From Telmatocola sphagniphila (lineage in GTDB: Bacteria > Planctomycetota > Planctomycetia > Gemmatales > Gemmataceae): a DNA stretch of 32,000 nt. A program made the position numbers and the translations under genes. Positions 15,059-24,389 of the stretch are shown in pieces. Within the stretch, counting starts at the first letter, position 1; each line of letters begins with the position of its first letter. Location of the stretch: contig NZ_CP074694.1 in assembly GCF_018398935.1 (NCBI RefSeq), forward strand, positions 4,980,001-5,012,000. Reading direction: 5' to 3'. A model generated the notes under the pieces. The model had not been told where the DNA came from, searched no databases, and saw only the letters and a program-made list of their open reading frames with translations.

Positions 15059-15455
15059 AGGGTGTCCTGTTAAGAGAATTTGGCTTGCGCGGGGTGAGGG
15101 GAATCGTTAAAATTCATTTTCCCCGCCAAGGACCAGGTATGTCTTTGGGTCATTATGCGAAGGAATGACGAAGGAAGACAGGGAAAAACAACCCATTTCG
15201 AGTGCGCAATAAGTGTGCCGGATGAAGTTTTAAAAACTGACCTTGCGCTTCCAATCGTTATCAAGTAATTCAGTCTGTATTGATTTTACGGATTGTAGGG
15301 AATGAAGAACTGGTGAAATGATTTTCTGGCCGCGATTGCATTCACTTACGGACGGTGAAATTGATTATAACGCTTTGGCGAGAAGAAAAAATTTGCCAGG
15401 CGGCGACAGTAACAATGCCGGGCATGGAAGTGGGGTAACGGGGCTTGTGACGCGC

Positions 15456-15506
15456 ATTTCTGAAGTGCGGGTCCTAGGGAAAATCGGCGGTTAACCGCAC
15501 AGAAAT
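15456..15506 (+). promoter_or_regulatory. Bulged stem-loop in the csrA 5' region with GGA in the loop (candidate CsrA autoregulatory site)
   Basis: 15456-15461 pairs with 15501-15506 and 15465-15470 pairs with 15495-15500 (6+6 bp, with an AAG bulge). The 24-nt loop contains AGGGAAAA. A second GGA lies in the SD AAGGAGG at 15601-15607. Confidence 0.3.
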
Positions 15507-15616
15507 TTCAGGCCTTACGCACTCACTGATCGCGATTGTGAATTAAAATTGCGGCATGGACTTCCGGGTCCTGAAAGTTCCCCCGCTCAGGTCACGCACA
15601 AAGGAGGGTAGCGACT

Positions 15617-15829
15617 ATGCTCGTTTTGAGCCGAAAACTTGGGGAGAAGATCTTCATCGGCGAAAATATCTGTATCACGGTAGTCGATATTGATCGCGGC
15701 AAAATCCGCCTGGGTATCGAAGCCCCTCGCGATGTTCCCATCTACCGCCAGGAATTGCTGCCGGAAGGCGCCGCCGTGAAGCATGCTACCCCAGCTGACG
15801 TTAAAAGCACCGCGGGTACGGTATCCTGA
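15617..15829 (+). CDS. csrA: Carbon storage regulator / translational repressor CsrA
   Basis: MLVLSRKLGEKIFIGENICITVVDIDRGKIRLGIEAPRDVPIYRQEL is the canonical CsrA fold sequence. AAGGAGG SD lies 9 nt upstream. Confidence 0.92.
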   Translation: MLVLSRKLGEKIFIGENICITVVDIDRGKIRLGIEAPRDVPIYRQELLPEGAAVKHATPADVKSTAGTVS

Positions 15830-15948
15830 TGGAGGTTTGGATTCGGGCTCGGTTGAACGTTCGGTTTCGGACAATTAACCCCTCGACTAGCAACACCTGA
15901 AAAACCGACGCACTCTTCTTTTTTTACATTCACCGAACCAGCGATTCC

Positions 15949-15978
15949 AAGCTTCGAGATTTGTCGAAGCTTTTTTTA
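15949..15978 (+). terminator. Rho-independent terminator of csrA
   Basis: AAGCTTCGA (15949-15957) pairs perfectly with TCGAAGCTT (15964-15972) around a 6-nt loop. TTTTTA follows. There is no T-run on the opposite strand. Confidence 0.75.
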
Positions 15979-15994
15979 TTGCTCCCCTTCGCCA

Positions 15995-16984
15995 TCAAGT
16001 CAAAACCACCGGCTTTGGAACGATCCCCAACCGAATTTGAGCCTGCCGGGCATGCTCCCGCATCGACACGACCTGGAAGCGCCGTTGCAACTCTCCGAAC
16101 ATCCAGTCCGCCAGTTCGCACTTCTGCTGATAAGAATTCTTCATGGCCGGGAAAAACTCCAGGCCGATCTTATCCTCAACTCCCATGAAATCGAGCGGAT
16201 GCAGCAGAATGCTCGGCTCCACGCGATTGAGTTGGCACAGCCGCAGCGCCCACTTGAAATAACTTTTGGCGAGGAAACGCGAATAGCCGGCCAGGTAGAG
16301 CACGTAGCTCAAATGAATGGGTACTTTGAAAATCGGCATCGTCGTTACGGGAATTTCCACCAGCGAGCCGCCGGGTAATTTCCAGTCGTAGGGCCGTAAC
16401 GGCCGGAAGCCTTCTTTGAACTTCCCGAAAAGCTGCTTGCGCTTCTGCTTTTCCTCCACGGACAACCCTTTGGACTTCGCGAAATAGTACCAGCGGGCCA
16501 GCGGCCCCAAAAAGGTAGGGAAGGTCGAGCAGTCGTAGTTGTAGCCGCGATCTTTCAGCACTTTCAGAACCGTCTGCGAGAGACTGAAGCCCGGCCCGCG
16601 AAATCCTGTCGGCCGCAAACCGGTGGCGGACTCAATCGCCCGCTCGGTCTTTTGGAACTCTTCCTGAATCTGCTCCTCGGAATAGAGGTGCAACCAGGGC
16701 TCGTGATGAAAGGAATGATTGGCGACCTCGTGCCCGGCATCGGCAATCATTTTCAGAGCACTGTGATTCTTTTCCAGCGCCGCATCCTGTCCGACCACAA
16801 ACCAGGTGATGGAGAGGTTTCGCTTCCGCAACATCTCCAGCACGCGCGGCACCACAATATCCAGGTAGGAAGGCAACGCCTCCCAACCCGGATCGCCGTG
16901 GGTCTTCATGTACGACCACTGATTATCGAGATCGAGAGATAAGGAGGCCAGCATGAAAAATCCCTGAAGATGTTGGCTACGCAT
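15995..16984 (-). CDS. Polysaccharide deacetylase (NodB homology / CE4 family)
   Basis: SLSLDLDNQW .. ITWFVVGQDA .. GHEVANHSFHH .. GFRGPGFS are the NodB motif series. The alternative ATG at 16954 has the better SD. Confidence 0.85.
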   Translation of the reverse strand: MRSQHLQGFFMLASLSLDLDNQWSYMKTHGDPGWEALPSYLDIVVPRVLEMLRKRNLSITWFVVGQDAALEKNHSALKMIADAGHEVANHSFHHEPWLHLYSEEQIQEEFQKTERAIESATGLRPTGFRGPGFSLSQTVLKVLKDRGYNYDCSTFPTFLGPLARWYYFAKSKGLSVEEKQKRKQLFGKFKEGFRPLRPYDWKLPGGSLVEIPVTTMPIFKVPIHLSYVLYLAGYSRFLAKSYFKWALRLCQLNRVEPSILLHPLDFMGVEDKIGLEFFPAMKNSYQQKCELADWMFGELQRRFQVVSMREHARQAQIRLGIVPKPVVLT

Positions 16985-16992
16985 CTACCGCG

Positions 16993-18291
16993 TCACTTGG
17001 TTACTGTCACCGCTCGCTCCGCCAACTGCAACGATTCATTCACATTCAAAGTGCCGTTCACGATCTGGGAAGAGTTCACCAGATACAATCCGGGCACTTC
17101 GGTCTCAAACGGCGAGACTTGCGACGAATAATTTTTGGTCGTAACTGCGAAGACGTTGCGCACCCGGGAAATCTGAAACGCCAGCACCTGGTCGCGGTGG
17201 AAATGCGGATAGATTTTTTCCAGCGCAGAGAGGAATCGTTCCTTAATCGATTCATCCGATTCCGAAAACAATGGATCGTCCGGCGCTACGTACTTGGGCA
17301 GATAAACCAGATGATGGTCGCCGAGCTCTTTCGGATCGACGAGAGCCGTCATTTCAATCACCGCCGTGAACGGCACCCAGGTCTCGGTGATGTTCGTCAC
17401 GTAGTAATCGGCCAGCTTGTTCTTCAATAAAACCGAGGCACAGACAATACCCTGATAAGTGATGTCGCCGAGCTTTTTCCGAGTCGATTCCGACAAAAGC
17501 GGACAAAGCCGGGACAGCTGCGCGGCCGGAGCCGTGACGAAGACGCGGTCGAAAATTTCTTCCGTACCCTGCGGCAGCTTCACGCTCAATCCTGTAGCCG
17601 ATTTTTGAATCGAATCAATCGGCTGATGAAGGCGAAGCGATACGCCGGCCTCGGTCAATTTTTCAGCGAACCGCTTCAGGATTCGGGCGTATCCGCCGCG
17701 CACGTAGCCGAACATCTCTTGTTTCAAGCCGCTACGCCGGGCGGCGTACATGCGTGCGATGATAGCCCAGATAAATGCGGCGGAAGCTATCGTATACTGT
17801 TCACCCAGCTTGGCCCGCAATAACGGCAGCCAGATTTTTTCAAACGTCCGGTTACCCGACCATTTGCGGAGCCAATCTTCGACGGAGATCGACTCCAGAT
17901 AGCGCCAATCCTTGATTCGTGAGGCTTTCATGATCGTCAGGGCGAGCCGAAACTTGTCGATCAATCGCAGCGGGGGAAACTTCAGAAACTCCAGCGAATT
18001 GGACATCGAATAGAGTCGGCCATCGGTGTAGAAACCGGTTTTGGTCGTCTTCCATTCGAGTTCGTTTTCGAGGCCGAGATCCGCCAGCACGTTTCGCACG
18101 GCCAGATCGCTGAGCAGAATGACGTGGTAGTGTTTGTCCCAGGTGATATCGCCGATGTTCCAGGCGGCCGCCAAGCCACCGACTTCCGAGGCGCTTTCAA
18201 ACAGCGTAACCGGATGCCCTTGCGCGCGCAACCGGCGGGCCAGTTCCAGACCCAAGACCCCGCCGCCGATGATTGCCGTATTTTTTTGCAT
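16993..18291 (-). CDS. NAD(P)/FAD-dependent oxidoreductase (amine-oxidase / desaturase-like fold)
   Basis: N-terminal Rossmann dinucleotide motif AIIGGGVLGLELARRL...LFES..VGG immediately after ATG 18291. The ORF track uses GTG 18312. The substrate cannot be inferred from sequence. Confidence 0.8.
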   Translation of the reverse strand: MQKNTAIIGGGVLGLELARRLRAQGHPVTLFESASEVGGLAAAWNIGDITWDKHYHVILLSDLAVRNVLADLGLENELEWKTTKTGFYTDGRLYSMSNSLEFLKFPPLRLIDKFRLALTIMKASRIKDWRYLESISVEDWLRKWSGNRTFEKIWLPLLRAKLGEQYTIASAAFIWAIIARMYAARRSGLKQEMFGYVRGGYARILKRFAEKLTEAGVSLRLHQPIDSIQKSATGLSVKLPQGTEEIFDRVFVTAPAAQLSRLCPLLSESTRKKLGDITYQGIVCASVLLKNKLADYYVTNITETWVPFTAVIEMTALVDPKELGDHHLVYLPKYVAPDDPLFSESDESIKERFLSALEKIYPHFHRDQVLAFQISRVRNVFAVTTKNYSSQVSPFETEVPGLYLVNSSQIVNGTLNVNESLQLAERAVTVTK

Positions 18292-18366
18292 GCTCACAAA
18301 TGAAAAGAGCACGACTGCATCGGGTTTGCACTCTGCGAAACCCCGATTGGCCGTGCCTTCTTTGCC

Positions 18367-18972
18367 TTACTCTTCTTCGGTTATCGAATTCTCATTCACC
18401 CGGTAGCGCAGACCGCACGCTTCGCAGACACAGACTTGGCTGACTTTTTGCTCCGGGCTGCAGCGAAACAACAATTGCCCGCACCGGCAGACGCCGCCGA
18501 CCATCCGCGCCGGGTTGCCGAGCACCAAAGCGAAATCGGGAACGCTCCTGGTCACCACGCTCCCCATGCCCACCATGGCCCAACGGCCGATAGTCAGATC
18601 ATTGCCGATCGTACAGCCGGCCCCGATGGTGGCTCCAGCTCGAATGAGTGTCGGGAGCGTATGCTCATCGGCGTCCGAGCTGCGCAGCTGTTTCAGATCG
18701 CTCGTGGTGGCTCGAGGGAAGCGATCATTGGTGAAGATCGTCCCGGCCGAAATCATCACGCCGTCTTCAATAGTCACGGCGGTGCAGATGTAAACGAAAG
18801 CGTTGATTTTGACCCGATGGCCGATCTTCACTTCATAGGCGATATAGGTTTTCTCGCCGATGATGCACTGATCGCCGATCACCGTATTGCGGCGAATATG
18901 GACATTGTCCCAGACCGAGGTTCCTTCGCCGAGAACCACGCCCGATTCGATGATAGCCGTCGGATGAATCAT
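18367..18972 (-). CDS. Left-handed beta-helix (hexapeptide) sugar N-acetyltransferase, WbpD/WlbB-like, with a C-terminal Cys cluster
   Basis: Hexapeptide repeats run throughout (IGDQCIIGEKTYI, IGHRVKINAFVYI, IGAGCTIGNDLTI). The tail reads CRCGQLLFRC..VCVCEACGLRY. It is adjacent to an oxidoreductase and an aminotransferase. Confidence 0.85.
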   Translation of the reverse strand: MIHPTAIIESGVVLGEGTSVWDNVHIRRNTVIGDQCIIGEKTYIAYEVKIGHRVKINAFVYICTAVTIEDGVMISAGTIFTNDRFPRATTSDLKQLRSSDADEHTLPTLIRAGATIGAGCTIGNDLTIGRWAMVGMGSVVTRSVPDFALVLGNPARMVGGVCRCGQLLFRCSPEQKVSQVCVCEACGLRYRVNENSITEEE

Positions 18973-18992
18973 TTCGAAGGGAAACTCTACGG

Positions 18993-19991
18993 TTAAAATT
19001 TGGAGTCGGAAACCCGATCCCAGCGGGTACTTTCGAGCGACATGTAGGCGGTCTCAATGGTACGCACGGAGGCCAGTGCATCTTCGTGGGTGATTCGCAA
19101 TGGCTCGACTCCATGGATCGCCCGGGAGAAGTTGAGGATGATGTCCCGAAAAGCCTGAACCTTGTTGTAGCCGTTGCCGAACTTCACCCAGTCCTGGCCA
19201 GAATGCAGTCGGTAGCGGGAATTCTTCCAGCCGATTTGCATGGTGCCCAGCGAGCCGTAGATATTGATGTAATTTTCCTGGTCCTTATTGATGCTCCAGG
19301 ACAAGTCGACGCTGACCAGGACGCCCGCCCGGCTATGGCAGAACAGGCGAACGGTATCTTCGACTTCCAGACCTTGAACGCGCTTGCCTTCAATGCTGTG
19401 CACGTCGTTCAGAGGGCCGAGAAAATAGCGGGCGATATCGACCGAATGCGTGCCATTGTCGATGAGGACCCCCCCGCCGGAAATTTCCTTCAGGGAGTTC
19501 CAACGGCGACTCATATCGACTTTGGAGGTGAAGGCATTTTCGAACAGAATCACATCACCCAGAATATTCGAAGCCAGCAGGCTCTTGGCCTTAATGATGT
19601 CTTCGACGTAGCGAAATTTGGAAGCCATGGTGATTAGCCGGTTGGCCTTGCGGGCCACATCGACCATTCTCTTGGCGCTTTCGCTCGTCAATGTGAACGG
19701 CTTTTCGCACAGAACGTTCTTACCAGCCTGCAGACAGTCGATGGCAATCCGCTCATGGGTATTGGGCGGGGTGCAGACAATCGCGATGTCGAATTCCGGC
19801 CCCTTAGTCAGCAGTTCCTGGTAATCGGTGTAAGCGGGAACCGATAGCCGTTCTCCCATGGTCTCGGCCGCTTCGTTACGCGTATCCACGACCGCGATCA
19901 GTTTTGCTTCCGGCAGGTAATCGAACGCCTGCACGTAACTCTGGGCGATTCCGCCCAGCCCAATCAGGGCGCATTTCATCGGTTCCGGCAT
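18993..19991 (-). CDS. Gfo/Idh/MocA-family sugar-nucleotide oxidoreductase (WbpB/WlbA-like)
   Basis: KCALIGLGGIAQSY..AVVD.. and LCEKPF are family motifs. Start is ATG 19991; GTG 19994 and ATG 19979 are alternatives. Confidence 0.88.
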   Translation of the reverse strand: MPEPMKCALIGLGGIAQSYVQAFDYLPEAKLIAVVDTRNEAAETMGERLSVPAYTDYQELLTKGPEFDIAIVCTPPNTHERIAIDCLQAGKNVLCEKPFTLTSESAKRMVDVARKANRLITMASKFRYVEDIIKAKSLLASNILGDVILFENAFTSKVDMSRRWNSLKEISGGGVLIDNGTHSVDIARYFLGPLNDVHSIEGKRVQGLEVEDTVRLFCHSRAGVLVSVDLSWSINKDQENYINIYGSLGTMQIGWKNSRYRLHSGQDWVKFGNGYNKVQAFRDIILNFSRAIHGVEPLRITHEDALASVRTIETAYMSLESTRWDRVSDSKF

Positions 19992-20018
19992 CACTCTCTC
20001 CGTTGCTGATTCAAAGTT

Positions 20019-21248
20019 CTATCGCAGGGCTTCAGCCGCTTCTTTCACATTGGCCGCAATGTAATCCAGGTGAACCTGCTCGTAGCGCTCGTTCCACGGC
20101 AGCACCAGAACCCGTTCCAGCATTTCAAAAGTGCCTTTGAACTTGGCGGCGTCGTAATTGACCGCTTCGGTTCGGGCCAAGGTGAACGGCCAGCGACTGT
20201 TGCCGAAAGTCTTCTGTTCCGCGAAGACCTGGCAGCGGAAGGCCGGCTTCTGAATGTAGCGCGGCGCCGAGGCAATGCCCCGTTCCTTGAGCAGCTTGGC
20301 CATGCCGACAGCCCCCCCTTTGATCACGGCGGGATCTACCATCAGACAGTACTTCCAGTAAACGTGCGTGTTGCGTTCGTCCACCCAGGGAGTTTCAATA
20401 CCGGGCAGGCCCTGCAACTGGCTGGAGAGCCAATCGGCCGCTTCCGTTCGAACCCGAACGCTTTCCGCGAGCTTCGGCAATTGCGCCACCGCACAGGCAC
20501 TCTGCAATTCGCTGATGCGATAGTTCAGAGCGAGGAAATAGTGATCCGGGTTGGCGTCGCCGTAACCCCAGGCCTTGTTGATGAACAGGAAGACTCGGCG
20601 GGCCAGCTCGGGATTATTGGTAACGACCAGGCCGCCTTCACCGGTGGTGATGTGCTTGCCTTGCTGGAGACTGAATGCCGCCAGATCGCCGAAGGTGCCG
20701 ATCTTCTGACCGTTGTGCGTGGCCTCGAAAGCCTGGGCACAGTCTTCAATGACTGGCAGGTTTTTCGACTTGGCCAGCGTCATGATCGCCGTCATATCGC
20801 AGGGATTGCCGAACAAATGCGTAACGACGATGGCCTTGGTACGTTCCGAAAGGCAGGCCGCAATGCTATCGTCGGTGACGTTCCCGGTGCGCGGATCGAC
20901 GTCACAGAAAACCGGGATGGCTCCCTGGAACAGAATCGGGGCTAGCGCTCCCATATCGGTGATCGAGGTCGTGATGACTTCATCGCCCGGCTCGAGATTC
21001 AAGGCCGCTACCGCACAGTGAATGGCTGCGGAACCCGAAGAGCAGGCATGAGCATACTTCCTTCCCAGAAGTGCGGCGAACTTCGTTTCGAATTCCTTGC
21101 TGAACTTTCCCTTGGTCGCCGTCAGGGTTCCCGAGTGAATCGCTTCACTGATGGCGGCAATCTCTTCCGCGCCGAGCGTACGGCCGGTGGCGTCCTGATC
21201 GGACGGCAGGGTGACTTTTTTCAACTCGGGAGCAAGCGTTGCGCTCAT
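20019..21248 (-). CDS. DegT/DnrJ/EryC1/StrS-family PLP aminotransferase (WbpE/WlbC-like)
   Basis: CSSGSAAIHCAVAAL..GDEVITT.. and FSLQQGKHITTGEGGLVVTN (PLP lysine) are present. Length and order are typical of the family. Confidence 0.9.
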   Translation of the reverse strand: MSATLAPELKKVTLPSDQDATGRTLGAEEIAAISEAIHSGTLTATKGKFSKEFETKFAALLGRKYAHACSSGSAAIHCAVAALNLEPGDEVITTSITDMGALAPILFQGAIPVFCDVDPRTGNVTDDSIAACLSERTKAIVVTHLFGNPCDMTAIMTLAKSKNLPVIEDCAQAFEATHNGQKIGTFGDLAAFSLQQGKHITTGEGGLVVTNNPELARRVFLFINKAWGYGDANPDHYFLALNYRISELQSACAVAQLPKLAESVRVRTEAADWLSSQLQGLPGIETPWVDERNTHVYWKYCLMVDPAVIKGGAVGMAKLLKERGIASAPRYIQKPAFRCQVFAEQKTFGNSRWPFTLARTEAVNYDAAKFKGTFEMLERVLVLPWNERYEQVHLDYIAANVKEAAEALR

Positions 21249-21334
21249 CGGTATCTCTCTGAAGCGACGAAACTCCCGGACCGCACCGAGCGGTGGAACG
21301 TTTCGAGACTGTTGGTTTTTGGGAACAGGAAAAT

Positions 21335-23140
21335 CTAGTAGTTACTTCCGACTTTCAACTTCTCGGCGACCGCTTCGATGTTCAATTCGCGCAGTCTCCG
21401 GGCGACCTGCTGTTGGGGAGGTTCCGCGGGGGGAGTGCTGCCGGGGAACAACCTTTTGAGGGCCAATCGACTCATTAACTTCAAATGTCCAAAGATGGTT
21501 CGCAGCGTCTTCATCTTGCTGCGGCCCAGCATCCGGACTTCCAGCACGGCGGGGAACTCCACAATTTTGCCGCCCGAAACATCCAAAAGACCCAGCATTT
21601 CCGCGACCCCAAGATAACCGTCGTACTTGGTCTTCATGTCACAGAATTTACTCCGGCGATAAACGCGGAAGCAACTGGTGTAGGTATGAAGCTTGTGACG
21701 GAGCACCTGTCGATACATGCGGGAGGCCATTTTCGACAACTGCAACCGCCAACCCGGCACGTTTCGCACCCCTCCCTCGGGGTGATACGGGGAAGCTGTG
21801 ACCAGATCGACCTCCGGCTTCAACAGCGGGATCATCCGGCCCAGTTCGTGCGGGTCGTACGTGCAATCGCAATCGATCGAACAAACGATCTCGGTCCGAG
21901 CGTGGCGGATGCCCGTCAGGATCGCGGCGGCCACGCCCCGATTCTTGTCGTGCTTGACCAGTTCGAAGCCGATCTGATTCCCGAAGAGACGTCGCATCTC
22001 TTCCCAGGTCCGATCTTTCGAACCATCGTCCACTAAGATGAACTGTAGTTCGTATTCCGTTACCAGGCGCTCAAAAACGCTGCTTAAAGTGTTCCCTAAA
22101 TAAGGGAGTACCAGCTCCTCGTTATAGAGCGGAATCACAATCGTCGCCGGGATCCGCTTGGTCAGCTTCAGGACCTCCGGCGGAATATTCAATTCGAATT
22201 CGGAACTGGTTTTTCCCTTGAGTCGAAGCATCGCCTGTTGGGGCGGAACGCGGACAGTACCGGGATCGTGCTCCAGCGTCGTGTCCAGCTTCATGTAATC
22301 GGCGATGGTGGTGAACTTGTACTGCTCGAAGTAGCTGCGCAGAATCTCTTCCATCCGATCGAGATTGCGATAATGCCGAATACGATTCAGCGCGCCGCCG
22401 GCGGTGATGCGCGGCTGATCGGGGTCGATTTCCCAAACGTGGAAGTAGAAGACTCCGGGCACCTGCTGCTTTTCCATATGCGAATTCAAGCGCTTGCGCA
22501 GAAAGCGCTGCGGCAGTTGACGGAGATAATTGCCGCCGCTGATCGGGACGTGCAGCCCGGCGATGCGGGTAGTCGTGATCGGAAATTCCCAGAGAGTGCG
22601 ATCGCCGCAGGCGTGCTGATGCGGGAAGCGCCGCCACTGTTCATCGCGATACTGACGACCGATGGGGGCAATCGAAGAATCGTACGCGTAGCCGGCCTGG
22701 GTCAGCACATCGAGAGCCCAGAGATCCTGCGGCTGAAACCATTCGTGGGCCACGCGATAGCCGAGCACCCTGCGATTAGCGGCCTCTTCGAGAGCCTGTC
22801 GGGAAACCAGGGCATCTTCCTGAAATTCCTCCGGCGTCATGTCCCGGATGCTGCGATGGTAATAGCCTTTGGAAGCAATTTCGTGCCCCCGGTCGGCCAC
22901 TTCGCGCACCAGATCGGGAAACTGGTCGGCAATCCAGCCCAGAATGAAAAAGGTCGCCTTGATCTTGTAATCGTCGAGCAGATCGAGCGTCTTCCAGGTG
23001 TTTTTTTCGATGCGTGATTCGAAGCGGTACCACTGTTTGCGCTGGATCAGCGCGTTGAAAGTGCCGACTTGATAGTAATCTTCAAGCGCCACCGTCAGGA
23101 GCTGCCGACGCCAGTGATTAGCGGTATTCATGGGAAACAT
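21335..23140 (-). CDS. Fusion protein: N-terminal polysaccharide deacetylase (CE4 + DUF3473, PEP-CTERM-locus subfamily-like) and C-terminal family-2 glycosyltransferase
   Basis: N-terminal half: LTVALEDYYQVGTF .. KATFFILGWIADQFP .. GHEIASKGYYH .. ISGGNYLRQLP .. FYFHVWEIDPDQP. C-terminal half: IVIPLYNEE .. FILVDDGSKDRT .. (GT2 DxD-type Rossmann). It is one uninterrupted 601-codon frame. Confidence 0.85.
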   Translation of the reverse strand: MFPMNTANHWRRQLLTVALEDYYQVGTFNALIQRKQWYRFESRIEKNTWKTLDLLDDYKIKATFFILGWIADQFPDLVREVADRGHEIASKGYYHRSIRDMTPEEFQEDALVSRQALEEAANRRVLGYRVAHEWFQPQDLWALDVLTQAGYAYDSSIAPIGRQYRDEQWRRFPHQHACGDRTLWEFPITTTRIAGLHVPISGGNYLRQLPQRFLRKRLNSHMEKQQVPGVFYFHVWEIDPDQPRITAGGALNRIRHYRNLDRMEEILRSYFEQYKFTTIADYMKLDTTLEHDPGTVRVPPQQAMLRLKGKTSSEFELNIPPEVLKLTKRIPATIVIPLYNEELVLPYLGNTLSSVFERLVTEYELQFILVDDGSKDRTWEEMRRLFGNQIGFELVKHDKNRGVAAAILTGIRHARTEIVCSIDCDCTYDPHELGRMIPLLKPEVDLVTASPYHPEGGVRNVPGWRLQLSKMASRMYRQVLRHKLHTYTSCFRVYRRSKFCDMKTKYDGYLGVAEMLGLLDVSGGKIVEFPAVLEVRMLGRSKMKTLRTIFGHLKLMSRLALKRLFPGSTPPAEPPQQQVARRLRELNIEAVAEKLKVGSNY

Positions 23141-23182
23141 CTCTCAGGCAAGATCGAATAAGAGCAGAAGAGAGTGAGTTAT

Positions 23183-24367
23183 TTACGAAACCCACATCGT
23201 CGCAGGTTGGGTTTTTCGCGTTTCGCCCCCGGTCGCTTCGGTAGATTGCGCGGGGAGCCCGTGGAAAAATTCCAGAAGCGCTTCGGTGATGCGCTGGCCG
23301 GAATCACCTTCGCCGAACGGATTCGCCGAATCCGCAGGCAATCCTTGAGCCGGGTCGTTGTAGAGGGCGCTCAACATTTTTTTTAGGCTATTCGCATCCG
23401 GGGCAAGTCGGGCAAATCCCGCTTCCACGGCTTCGGGCCGTTCGGTGTTTTCGCGCAGAACGATCACCGGTTTTCGCAGAGTGGGTGCCTCTTCCTGGAT
23501 GCCGCCAGAGTCCGAGACGATCAGCCAGCTTTCCTGCAACAGGCCAATGAAGTCGGGATATTCGAGCGGTTCGGTGAGGAAGATGCGTTCCCGACCGGCC
23601 AGATGCTGCTGGGCCGCCTCCCGAACCCGCGGATTGGGATGCACCGGGAAGATCAGGGCCACATCGGTATGGCGAGCGACGAAGTCCCGCAACACCGCGA
23701 GATTGCCTTCGAGTGTATCGCCAAAACTTTCCCGGCGATGCGTCGTCAGCGCTAACCGCTTATAGCCTTGCGTTTGATCGAGAATTCGCTGCAACCTCTC
23801 GGAGCGGTCGGCTACCAGGATCATATTCAAAGCATCGACGACGGGATTGCCGGTCACCACAATCGACTGGGCCGGTATTCCTTCCTTGAGTAGCGACTGG
23901 CGGTTCTGCCGGGTAGCCGCGAAATGGTAACTCGCCAGCCGGGAGACCAGACGGCGGTTAGTTTCTTCGGGAAAAGGATTCATCGGGTCGGCCGTTCTGA
24001 GTCCCGCTTCGACATGGCCGATAGGAATCTGCCGATGGAAGGCCGCCAGGGCCGTGGCGGCCGCCGTGGAGGTATCGCCCTGCACCAGAACCAGATCCGG
24101 TTTTTCTTTTTCGAGTAACGGATCGATTTCCTGCAGGATTCGCCCGAACAGCAGATTCAAAGGCTGCCCTGGCCGCATGACCTGCAGAGTGTGATCGACG
24201 CGGATGCCGAAGAGTTTGACGAACGGCGCCACCAGATCGGTATGCTGACCGGAGAAAACGGTTTGAACCTGAAACTGCTCGGTAGCGAATTCCAGTTGCC
24301 GAATCACCGGGGCCAGCTTGATGATTTCCGGTCGAGTTCCGAAGACGACGAAGATTTTTTTGCGCAT
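23183..24367 (-). CDS. wecB: UDP-N-acetylglucosamine 2-epimerase (non-hydrolysing), WecB/WbpI-like
   Basis: IFVVFGTRPEIIKLAPV .. VQGDTSTAAATALAAF..IPIGHVEAGLRT .. HRRE .. are hallmark motifs. Confidence 0.92.
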   Translation of the reverse strand: MRKKIFVVFGTRPEIIKLAPVIRQLEFATEQFQVQTVFSGQHTDLVAPFVKLFGIRVDHTLQVMRPGQPLNLLFGRILQEIDPLLEKEKPDLVLVQGDTSTAAATALAAFHRQIPIGHVEAGLRTADPMNPFPEETNRRLVSRLASYHFAATRQNRQSLLKEGIPAQSIVVTGNPVVDALNMILVADRSERLQRILDQTQGYKRLALTTHRRESFGDTLEGNLAVLRDFVARHTDVALIFPVHPNPRVREAAQQHLAGRERIFLTEPLEYPDFIGLLQESWLIVSDSGGIQEEAPTLRKPVIVLRENTERPEAVEAGFARLAPDANSLKKMLSALYNDPAQGLPADSANPFGEGDSGQRITEALLEFFHGLPAQSTEATGGETRKTQPATMWVS

Positions 24368-24389
24368 TTTTCTGGTGGGTGTTGGTCGA

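Noticed and set aside
15059-15616. CsrB-like multi-GGA sponge RNA
   Set aside because: I counted 13 GGA on the plus strand against about 9 expected from base composition, so there is no meaningful enrichment. Only the specific loop and SD-positioned GGAs are kept, as a low-interest finding.
20070-20945. 291-aa plus-strand ORF
   Set aside because: It is antisense to the DegT-family aminotransferase.
22238-23017. 259-aa plus-strand ORF (and 21485..22036, 22122..22637)
   Set aside because: These are antisense or out-of-frame within the CE4-GT2 fusion gene.
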